DNA from: Phaeosaccion multiseriatum
Lineage: Eukaryota > Protista > Ochrophyta, other classes
Direction of reading: 5' to 3'
Assembly: GCA_965112735.1 (NCBI GenBank)
Contig: OZ218952.1
Span: 1,302,001-1,366,000, forward strand
Length of the DNA stretch: 64,000 nt
This document shows positions 11,534 to 22,224 of this stretch, in pieces. The number at the start of each line of letters is the position of its first letter. Position 1 is the stretch's first letter. The translations under genes were made by a program, and so were the position numbers. The notes below the pieces were generated by a model. The model was not told where the DNA came from, searched no databases, and was given only the letters and a program-made list of their open reading frames with translations.

Positions 11534-14034
11534 ATGATGCGCATACTGGTCCAGAAGGAGACATACCAGTACTCTCCGCCCACCCCCCGGAGTGGGGATG
11601 AACTTGTTTGGTGTCCTCCCCCCCCCCCCTTTCGTCAGAGACTCAAGCCAAATGGGGAATGGGAAGCGTCGGGTCATTGGACAGCCAAGTCGGAGAGTAT
11701 CTCGCTGATTGTGGAGACGGGAAGTCGAAAGCAGATGGAAGAGAACGTGCTCCAGCAGCTTTCCAGCAGCTGCAGCAACAAGAACAAGGATACGCCTATC
11801 CAAGAGCAGAGTGATGGAAAGAGCAAGGATTCGGAAGATCACAGCGCAACTGATGTGAGAATGGGCAAGGAAAACAAGGGAGAGACAATCCTCAAAGTTC
11901 GTACTCCCATGGAAGAGGGCGGTGGAGGTGGACGATACATCAAGCTTGGTCGACTGGATGAGACCGGCACCTTTGCTCTCAACGCGGCTCTTGGTGGCGA
12001 TGATACCGTCAGGGAGAGGAGCGAGGCCCTATCGGGAGCCTCAACTGTGGAAGCGGTGATGGAGCGGCTCGGTATGACTGAAGAACTAAAGCTGACAGCA
12101 GACATCTCTGGCAATGTCGGCGACAGGTTTACGTCTGTCCTCAGGAGCGAGGCCATGACAGTATATGCGAAGACGGACCTCTGCCTACTGCCCAAGGTGA
12201 CCAAGGACGAGGGGGGCGAGAATGATGACGGCGAAGAGCTTTTTGTGCGTCCAGTGATGGGCATAGTGCAAATGCAGGAGTATAAGGTTAATGTCCTCTT
12301 CAAGGAGGAGAGCCACACCATCAAGACGGATTGCAGGAACTTGTCGTCCTTTGCCCGTGAAATTGCAAACCTCACCGGCGTGCCTAGGAGGAGGCAGGAG
12401 CTGTCGTTCATTCACTACCCCAGAGAGGAAGGGAAAGAGGGCGAGGTGAGAGCGGAGGCGGACAAGGAAGGAGAATCGCAGTCAACTCCCTCCCTCCCTC
12501 CCTCCCTCCCTCCCTCCCTCCCTCCCTCCCTCCCTCCCTCCCTCCCTCCCTCCCTCCCTCCCTCCCTCCCTCCCTCCCTCCCTCCCTCCCTCCCTCCCTC
12601 CCTCCCTCCCTCCCTCCCTCCCTCCCTCCCTCCCTCCCTCCCTCCCTCCCTCCCTCCCTCCCTCCCTCCCTCCCTCCCTCCCTCCCTCCCTCCCTCCCTC
12701 CCTCCCTCCCTCCCTCCCTCCCTCCCTCCCTCCCTCCCTCCCTCCCTCCCTCCCTCCCTCCCTCCCTCCCTCCCTCCTCCCTGCCTCCCTCCCTCCCTCC
12801 ATCCATCCATGCATCCATCCATCCATCCATCCATCCATCCATGCATCCATCCATCCATCCATCCATCCATCCATCCATCCATCCATCCATCCATCCATCC
12901 ATCCATCCATCCATCCATCCATCCATCCATCCATCCATCCCTCCCTCCCTCCCTCCATCCATCCATCCATCCATCCATCCATCCATCCATCCATCCATCC
13001 ATCCATCCATCCATCCATCCATCCATCCATCCATCCATCCATCCATCCATCCATCCATCCATCCATCCATCCCTCCCTCCTTCCCTCCATCTCTCCCTCC
13101 CCCCTTCCCTCCCTCTCTCCCTTTATCCCTCCCTGACCCCCTCCCTGCCTCCTTCCTTGCCTCCCTCCCTTCCTCCCTCCCTCACCAGATGACTGTTCTG
13201 AACTCGGATAGCTATGACGAGTTTTGTGAACTTGTGATCAACTGCCCAGCCGATACGGTCCCTACACTCGTACTTCAGGACAAAGGTGATCTGAAGAATC
13301 GGTTCTTTGGCCGTAGCATGCAAGTCTTTGTGAGGCATCTAACCGGAAAGACCATCTCCGTGTGGGTGGACCCTTCCACTACCGTCGACGGTTTGAAGAA
13401 GGAGATTCGGGATTTGGACGGCATCCCTCCTGATGAACAGAGGCTGATCTATGCGGGGTGTCAGCTGGAGGACTGGCGCACGCTGTCCGAGTACAGGATA
13501 GCGGCGGAAGGAACGATTCACCTGGTGTTGCGGCTACGTGGAGGCATGTACGTGCCCGCTACGGGGGGTGCACGGATCCCCCGCGGGTACACTGCGTGCT
13601 GTGTGGAAGCCCCTCGCTCTGCTGGCGGCCGCGAGGGCGACGACGTGCTCCTGCCCGTGAAGGGGTCAATCAGTCTCCAGAGCCTCTGCAGAGACGTTCT
13701 CCTGCCTGCTGTCCAGGACGCCATTCTTCGGGGGCCGCAGCCTGGGTCCAGCCCTGCCGAGGCTGCTCTCGATGCACACCGTGGGGAAGGGGGCGTGGGA
13801 GGTGCGGCTCAGGAGGAGGACGTGGAGGAGAAGAAGGCCGGCAGTGACGCTCCTCCTGCCCCTTCCCCGGCCGCGGAAGCGATGCTGCAGGAGCTGCTGG
13901 CGGGCATGGTGTGGGAATGGCAGACCGACCCGGCCAAGACGCCGGAGCAGCTGCTGGAGAGCAGAGGGCTGGAGGCCTCAGAAGGTTACTTGGCGCTGCT
14001 CAGGGACACGAGGGCTCGGATCGAAGGTGCGTAG
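11534..14034 (+). CDS. Internal-ubiquitin-domain protein, tandem copy 4 (exons 11534-12445, 13189-14034; about 585 aa)
   Basis: Same intron (743 bp). UBL at 13318-13545, ending LRLRGG. Confidence 0.88.
12487..13180. repeat. Compound (CCCT)n/(CCAT)n tract in the intron of copy 4
   Basis: CCCT to about 12798, CCAT at about 12799-13070, then degenerate CCCT. Confidence 0.95.
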
Positions 14035-15051
14035 CAAGCCGCTACAGGCTCTTGGTGGGGGGTGGGGTCGGACACTATATACACTTTTTGTGTTTGGGAG
14101 GGCTTCAGAGACAAGACTGAGTCTACACATTTCTCCCTCAGTTGATCGGTTGGTTCGACCTGGCTGTGTCGATCGGACTCTTGGGCCGAACCAAGTTGGC
14201 ACGCTTCACATCCGTGCCATCAGCCAGCTCCCTGTCCTGCTGCTCGCTTATTTCTCATTTGCTCGCTCTGTCGCTCCTCGCTCGCCCTTGCCCTCGTGTT
14301 TATTTCGGCTGCTTCGCGTCAATGCGGCGTGTGGCAGCAGGGAAAGCCCGCAATGGCCAGCAGGAGCGGGGCGAGAGAGCACGTGGACGAGGAGGAGGAA
14401 GAGGGGGAGGACGAGGTGGAGAAGGAGGAGAGCGCGGAAGGTCGTGGCGGCGACGACAAAGCCGCAGGGCCAGACAGGCCGCAGCGCGTAGAGAAGCCTG
14501 AGCCACACCATCGGTGGGCAGCTGCCGGCGGGCGAGGCGGCCGGGGCAGCCAGGGAGCGGCCGAGGAGGTAGGAGGTTAGCACCATCTCTACCACACACC
14601 CTTGGAAGGGCGCGCATTTGTCTGGACACCAGATCCTGTGTTGTACCAACATGCATTTTGGTTTTTCGGCCACCTTTGTTGAAGTTGCTAGGCTCGAGGG
14701 TTGTGCATATAAAAGTAGATACTGTAGAATATGGGGAGAAGGGGGGGAGGGAGGGCGAGCAACAAGCTGAACGAACATGTAAGATCCTTGCTTCGAGCGA
14801 GATGGCTCACAAGGGGTTTAGAGAATATGCACTACCCGAGGAGAGACCAGCTCGTAGGACAAGGCCACAAGGCCAGCCAATAGGAGGAATGTGATATGAG
14901 GAACCATCTCTCCCAGACTGATCGCTCCACCTTCCATCATCAGTGAACACGAGATGCATCTGTAGGCAGGGGGGGTGCTCTTTGAGGGACGAGGCGGGGA
15001 AGAGGAAGGAAGGGTCACTGAGGAACCGCTCATGGCTCAGAAGGTAGTGGT

Positions 15052-15547
15052 TCGGCCCCATGCACGCCTAGCGGTTTTGCTCTAGGCCGCTAGGCCGCTA
15101 GGCCGCTCGGCCTTCGGCCGATCTAGGCCTAGGCCGGCGGCCTCCGGCCGCTCTAGGCCGCTCACTTTTCAGTCCTAGGCGGCCTATATAGCCCGCCTCT
15201 AGGCAGCCTCCCAGTGACCGTGGGCGCGTGCGTGGTGCCGCCCAGCCAGTGGGTAGCAGCACACCTGTAGGTCTGCACTCCTCGTAGGGCCAGCGAGGCG
15301 GAAGAGACAACACGAACCAAGTCTACTCCTCACTTCCAATCCCATGCAATGAAACTGACTACTCTTTGCACTCTGGGCACTCCCACCGTCCCCCTAGTTG
15401 GCTGGCGTCTGCCCTAGGCCGCGCGGGCCTCCGGCCCGCCTAGGCCGCCTAGGCGGTGGCATATAAATAGGCCGAGGGCCTACGGCCCTCGCTAGGCGGG
15501 GCAATTTTCCCAAATAGGCCTAGGCCGCTAGGCGTGCATGGGGCCGA
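15052..15547. mobile_element. Non-autonomous DNA transposon (MITE), 496 bp, 23-bp TIRs, 7-bp TSD
   Basis: Perfect TIR TCGGCCCCATGCACGCCTAGCGG at both ends. TSD TAGTGGT at 15045-15051 and 15548-15554. The empty site AAGGTAGTGGTAGGG is present in the paralogous spacers at about 7180 and 18990. Subterminal CCTAGG/GGCCGCTAGG motifs are present. Confidence 0.93.
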
Positions 15548-15755
15548 TAGTGGTAGGGAGGAGGAGAGGAGGAAAAGGGCGCCACATCATGCCACCTTAA
15601 ATTTAAATTCATGGTGGGAAAACTGAAACTGCGTTTGGTGACTGCACTGCGGAGGGGCGGGGAATGTCCTTCTCTCCCTCCTTCCTCAAGCAAGGGAACG
15701 CCCGAAGAAATAAACGGAGGGGAGTGGTAGCACGCAAGGGGTCTCCAGTCCAAAG

Positions 15756-18032
15756 ATGGTGCGCATACTGGTCCAGAAGGAGACATACCAGTACTCTCCG
15801 CCGACCCCCCGGAGTGGGGATGAACTTGTTTGCTGTCCTTCCCCCCCCTCCTTTCGTCAGAGACTCAAGCCAAATGGGGAATGGGAAGCGTCGGGTCATT
15901 GGACAGCCAAGTCGGAGAGTATCTCGCTGATTGTGGAGACGGGAAGTCGAAAGCAGATGGAAGAGAAAGTGCTCCAGCAGCTTTCCAGCAGCTGCAGCAA
16001 CAAGAACAAGGATATCCAAAAGCACGGTGATGGAAAGAGCAAGGACTCGGAAGGTCACAGCGCAGTTGATGTGAGAAGGGGGAAGGAAAACAAGGGAGAG
16101 ACAATCCTCAAAGTCCGTACTCCCATGGAAGAGGGCGGTGGAGGTGGACGATACATCAAGCTTGGTCGACTGGATGAGACCGGCACCTTTGCTCTCAACG
16201 CGGCTCTTGGTGGCGATGATACCGTCAGGGGGAGGAGCGAGGCCCTCTCTGGAGCCTCAACTGTGGAAGCGGTGATGAAGCGGCTCGGTAGGACTCAAGA
16301 ACTGAAGCTGAGTGCAGTGGCAGACGACGACATCGCTGCCGCCCAGGAGGGGACGGTCGTGAGAGGAGGCATGACAGTATATGCGAAGACGTGGTGGCCC
16401 AAGGTGACCAAGGACGAGGGGGGCGAGAATGATGACGGCGAAGAGCTTTTTGTGCGTCCGGTGATGGGCATAATGCAAATGCAGGAGTATAAGGTTAATG
16501 TCCTCTTCAAGGAGGAGAGCCACACCATCAAGACAGATTGCAGGAACTTGTCGGCCTTTGCCCGTGAAATTGCAAACCTCACCGGCGTGCCTAGGAGGAG
16601 GCAGGAGCTGTCGTTCATTCACTACCCCAGAGAGGAAGGGAAAGAGGGCGAGGTGAGAGTGGGGGCGGACAAGGAAGGGGAATCGCAGTCAACTCCCTAC
16701 CACCCTTAGTCACTCACTCACTGCATCCCTCTCTCCTCCCTCCCTCCCTCTTTCCGTCCTACCCTCAGTCCCTCCCTTCCTCCCTCCCTGCCTCCCTTCG
16801 TCCCTCCCTCCCTCCTTCCGTCCTACCCTCCCTCCCTCCTTCCCTCCGTCCCTCCCTCCCTCCCTCCCTCCCTCCCTCCCTCCCTCCCTCCCTCCCTCCC
16901 TCCCTCCCTCCCTCCCTCCCTCCCTCCCTCCCTCCCTCCCTCCCTCCCTCCCTCCCTCCCTCCCTCCCTCCCTCCCTCCCTCCCTCCCTCCCTCCCTCCC
17001 TCCCTCCCTCCCTCCCTCCCTCCCTCCCTCCCTCCCTCCCTCCCTCTCTCCCTCCCTCCCTCCCTCCCTCCCTCCCTCCTTCCCTCCCTCTCTCCCTCCC
17101 TCCCTCCTTCCCTGACTCCCTCCCTGCCTCCCTCCCTGCCTCCCTCCCTCCCTCCCTCCCTCCCTCCCTCCCTTCCTCACCAGATGACTGTTCTGAACTT
17201 GGATAGCTATGACGAGTTTTGTGAACTCGTGACCAACTGCCCAGCCGATACGGTCCCTACACTCCTACTTCAGGACAAGGGTGATCTGAAGAATCGGTAC
17301 TTTGGCCGTAGTATGCAAGTCTTTGTGAAGACTATAACTGGAAAGACCATCTCCGTGTGGGTGGAGCCTTCCACTACCGTCGCAGCTTTCAAGAAGGAGA
17401 TTGAGGCCAGCGTAGGCATGCCTCCTGATCAGCAGAGGCTGATCTATGCGGGGTGTCATGACTTGGAGGACTGGCGCACGCTGTCCGACTACAGGATACC
17501 GATGGGAGGAACGATTCACCTGGTGTTGTGGCTACGTGGAGGCATGTACGTGCCCGCTACGGGGGGTGCACGGATCCCCCCCGGGTACACTGCGTGCTGT
17601 GTGGAAGCCCCTCGCTCTGCTGGCGGCCGCGAGGGCGACGACGTGCTCCTGCCCGTGAAGGGGTCAATCAGTCTCCAGAACCTCTGCAAAGACGTTCTCC
17701 TGCCTGCTGTCCAGGACGCCATTCTTCGGGGGCCGCAGCCTGGGTCCAGCCCTGCCGAGGCTGCTCTCGATGCACACCGTGGGGAAGGGGGCGTGGGAGG
17801 TGCGGCTGAGGAGGAGGACGTGGAGGAGAAGAAGGCCGGCAGTGACGCTCCTCCTGCCCCTTCACCGGCCGCGGAAGCGATGCTGCAGGAGCTGCTGGCG
17901 GGCATGGTGTGGGAATGGCAGACCGACCCGGCCAAGACGCCGGAGCAGCTGCTGGAGAGCAGAGGGCTGGAGGCCTCAGAAGGTTACTTGGCGCTGCTCA
18001 GGGACGCGAGGGCTCGGATCGAAGGTGCGTAG
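15756..18032 (+). CDS. Internal-ubiquitin-domain protein, tandem copy 5 (exons 15756-16652, 17184-18032; about 581 aa)
   Basis: Same intron (531 bp). UBL at 17313-17543, ending LWLRGG. Confidence 0.88.
16735..17176. repeat. (CCCT)n tract in the intron of copy 5
   Basis: Directly visible. Confidence 0.95.
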
Positions 18033-19199
18033 CAAGCCGCTACAGGCTATTGGTGGGGGGTGGGGTTGGACACTATATACACTTTTTGTGTTTGGGGAGG
18101 GCTTCAGAGACAAGACTGAGTCCGTAGTGTTTTGATCGGTCGGTTCGACTTGGCTGTGTCGATCGGATTCTTGAGCCGAACCGCGTTGACACGCTTCACA
18201 TCCGTGCCATCAGCCAGCCCCCTGTCCTGCTGCTCGTTTATTTCTCACTTGCTCGCTCTGTCGCTCCTCGCTCGCCCTTGCCCTCGTGTTTGTTTCGGCT
18301 GCTTCGCGTCAATGCGGCGTGTGGCAGCAGGGAAAGCCCGCAATGGCCAGCAGGAACGGGGCGAGAGAACACGCGGACGAGGAGGAGGAAGAGGGGGAGG
18401 ACGAGGTGGAGAAGGAGGAGAGCGCGGAAGGTCGTGGCGGCGACGACAAAGCCGCAGGGCCAGACAGGCCGCAGCGCGTAGAGAAGCCTGAGTGACCATC
18501 GGTGGGCAGCTGCCGGCGGGCGAAGGCGGCCGGGGCCGCCAGGGAGCGGCCGAGGAGGTAGGAGGTCAGCACCATCTCTACCACACGCCCTTGGAAGGGC
18601 GCGCATTTGTCTGGACACCATTGTTGAAGTTGCTAGGCTCGAAGGTTGTGCATGTAAAAGTAGATACTGTAGAATATGGGGAGAAGGGGGGGGAGGGAGG
18701 GCGAGCAACAAGCTGAACGAACATGTAAGATCCTTGCTTCGAGCGAGATGGCTCACAAGGGGTTTAGAGAATATGCACTACCCGAGGAGAGAGCAGACCG
18801 TAGGACAAGGCCACGAGGCCAGCCAATAGGAGGAATGTGATATGAGGAACCATCTCTCCCAGACTGATCGCTCCACCTTCCATCATCAGTGAACACGAGA
18901 TGCATCTGTAGGCAGGGGGGGTGCTCTTTGAGGGACGAGGCGGGGAAGAGGAAGGAAGGGTCACTGAGGAACCGCTCATGGCTCAGAAGGTAGTGGTAGG
19001 GAGGAGGAGAGGAGGAAAAGGGTGCCACATCATGCCACCTTAAATTTAAATTCATGGTGGGAAAACTGAAACTGCGTTTGGTGACTGCACTGCGGAGGGG
19101 GCGGGGAATGTCCTCCTCTCCCTCCTTCCTCAAGCAAGGGAACGCCCGAAGAAATAAACGGAGGGGAGTGGTAGCACTCAAGGGGTCTCCAGTCCAAAG

Positions 19200-21220
19200 A
19201 TGATGCGCATACTGGTCCAGAAGGAGACATACCAGTACTCTCCGCCGACCCCCCCCGTTTGCTATCCTTCCCCCCCCCGCTTTCGTCGGAGACTCAAGCC
19301 AAATGGGGAATGGAAAGCGTCGGGTCATTGGACAGTCGAGTCGGAGAGTATCTCGCTGATTGTGGAGACGGGAAGTCGAAAGCAGATGGAAGAGAAAGTG
19401 CTCCAGCAGCTTTCCAGCAGCTGCAGCAACAAGAACAAGGATACGCCTATCCAAAAGCAGAGTGATGGAAAGAGCAAGGATTCGGAAGGTCACAGCGCAG
19501 TTGATGTGAGAATGGGCAAGGAAAACAAGGGAGAGACAATCCTCAAAGTTCGTACTCCCATGGAAGAGGGCGGTGGAGGTGGACGATACAGATACATCAA
19601 GCTTGGTCGACTGGATGAGACCGGCACCTTTGCTCTCAACGCGGCTCTTGGTGGCGATGATACTGCTGCTGATGATGGAACAGACGATACCGTGAGCGTT
19701 TCGAACCAGATTGCTGATGCTTATGAGACTGCTTCTGATGGTAGCGGCGAGGATACTGTGGCCCTCTCGGGAGCCTCAACTGTGGAAGCGGTGATGGAGC
19801 GGCTCGGTATGACTGAAGAACTGAAGCTGACTGCAGTGGCAGACGACGACATCGCTGCCGCCCAGGAGGGGACGGTCGTGAGAGGAGGCATGACAGTATA
19901 TGCGAAGACGGACCCCTGGCTACTGCCCAAGGTGACCAAGGACGATGGGGGCGAGAATTATGACGGCGAAGAGCTTTTTGTGCGTCCGGTGATGGGCATA
20001 ATGCAAATGCAGGAGTTTAAGGTTAATGTCCTCTTCAAAGAGGAGAGCCACACCATCAAGACAGATTGCAGGAACTTGTCGGCCTTTGCCCGTGAAATTG
20101 CAAACCTCACCAGCGTGCCTAGGAGGAGGCAGGAGCTGTCGTTCATTCACTACCGCAGAGAGGAAGGGAAAGAGGGCGAGGTGAGAGCGGAGACGGACAA
20201 GGAAGGAGAATCGCAATCAACTCCCTACCACCCTTAGTCACTCACTCACTGCATCCCTCTCTCCTCCCTCCCTCCCTCTTTCCGTCCTACCCTCAGTCCC
20301 TCCCTCCCTCCCTCCCTCCCTGACCCCCTCCCTCCCTGCCTCGCTCCCTCCGTCCTTCCTTCCTCCCTCACCAGATGACTGTTCTGAACTCGGATAGCTA
20401 TGACGAGTTTTGTGAACTTGTGATCAACTGCCCAGCCGATACGGTCCCTACACTCGTACTTCAGGACAAGGGTGATCTGACGTGTCGGTACTTTGGCCGT
20501 AGCATGCAAGTCTTTGTGAAGACTATAGCTGGAAAGATCATCTCCGTGTGGGTGGAGCCTTCCACTACCGTCGCAGCTTTCAAGAAGGAGATTTATGATT
20601 TGGAGGGCATCGCTCCTGATCAGCAGAGGCTGATCTATGCGGGGCGTCAGCTGGAGGACTGGCGCACGCTGTCCGACTACAGGATAGCGGCGGATGACAC
20701 AATGCACTTGATCCTCCCGCTACGTGGAGGCATGTACAAGCCCGCTACGGGGGGTGCACGGATCCCCCCCGGGTACACTGCGTGCTACGTGGAGGCCCCT
20801 CGCTCTGCTGGCGGCCGCGAGGGCGACGACGTGCTCCTGCCCGTGAAGGGGTCAATGAGTCTCCAGAGCCTCTGCAGAGACATTCTCCTGCCCGCGGTCC
20901 AGCAGTCTATTCGGCGTGGGCCGCAGTCTGAGGCCGGTCCTGCTAGGGCGGCTCTCGACGCAAGCAGCGTGGAAGAGAAGATGGAGGGGAAGGACAGTGA
21001 TGAGGCTCTGGAGGGGAAGGACAGTGATGAGGCTCCTCCTGCCCCTTCCCCGGCCGCGGAAGCGATGCTGCAGGAGCTGCTGTCGAGCATGGTGCAGGAA
21101 GGGCAGCGCGGCCCGGCCAAGACGCCGGAGCAGCTGCTGGAGAGCAGAGGGCTGGAGGCTTCGGATCAGAACTTGATGCTGCTCAGGGACGTGATGGCAC
21201 AGGAGGATCCAGGCGCATAG
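19200..21220 (+). CDS. Internal-ubiquitin-domain protein, tandem copy 6 (exons 19200-20180, 20375-21220; about 608 aa)
   Basis: Same intron (194 bp). UBL at 20504-20731, ending LPLRGG. Its C-terminal module is of the type found in the 54264 paralogue. Confidence 0.88.
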
Positions 21221-22224
21221 AGACGAAATGCAGCCAAGGGACGAGGTGAGTAGCGGTGCAGGGCATGGGGGGGCTGTTAAAGCGGGAAGTATAGTAGGTG
21301 CCGGATCGAATCATGTAAGTCGCTCACACCCCTCCCCGCACATGCAGAAACGAGGCTCAGTTCCGTCACTATTCCTGCTCCCTTTCTTCTCTGTTGTGAT
21401 ACCAACACATTTGTGCTGCAGCAAGCCTTCAGAGTGCGCGGCAGTCATCAGTGGGCAGCAGCTGGCGGACGAGGAAGAGGAGTAAAGCGGGCAGCACTCG
21501 GAAAGGCAGCGACTCAAACTGTGCATAACGGTACGCAACGGTACATAACGGAGGAAGAGGGGGTTTGAGGGGTGAGGGTCAAGGGGAAGGAGAAACAGTT
21601 GGTACTCGACGTCGCTCTGGGGTCCCCTGACCCAGCGCAGAGGAGAAAGAAGGAGAGGGGTGCATGGGAAAGAGCGAGGAGGGCAACGAGGAGGGCATCT
21701 GTCGACAGGGGCGTGGTCTTTGAGGGACGAGGCCGGGGACGGAGAAGAAAGGGTCACTGAAACAATGAAGTACTAGGCAGTCGAGCCGAGGGGAGTGCGT
21801 CAGTGCGTCAGCTCTCCCGGCGCTTGCCTCCTTCGGCATTGCCACGCTCACGCACACACACGCGCACACACACAACACACACACGCGCACACACGCGTAC
21901 GCACACACTTGTTCAAGTAGCACACACAGATACGGACACACTTGTTTCAGATTAGGACTAGCCAGCGCGTTATGGCGGCGTGGTGCACGCGCTTACTGCG
22001 GCCGGCACACACCTACTTCACCGAGTCATGGGACGTGAAGGAAGGAGGGGGCTTGGTGACAGCTTGATTTATGGGCCCGTGATGTGCTGCCACTCGGGCG
22101 CTCACGACAGCATCGGCTTTGGACCATATTGCTTGAAATTGAAAATGTAGATTGTCGATACCAGGGGGGGGGGTTTCCTCGCTTGTTGTCTCTACGCCGT
22201 ATGTAAAACCGAAAGGTTTTCTTG

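Noticed and set aside
480-21220. Polyubiquitin locus or Ub-ribosomal protein fusion
   Set aside because: One divergent UBL per 3-4 kb unit, positioned internally, with no L40 or S27a sequence.
480-21220. Diversity-generating retroelement or CRISPR-like array as the source of variation
   Set aside because: No reverse transcriptase, template repeat or cas gene is visible. Changes are not adenine-specific, and there is no short repeat-spacer periodicity.
480-21220. Array as a pure assembly artefact
   Set aside because: The copies have distinct in-frame indels, intron lengths and private TE insertions. Local polishing chimeras remain possible.
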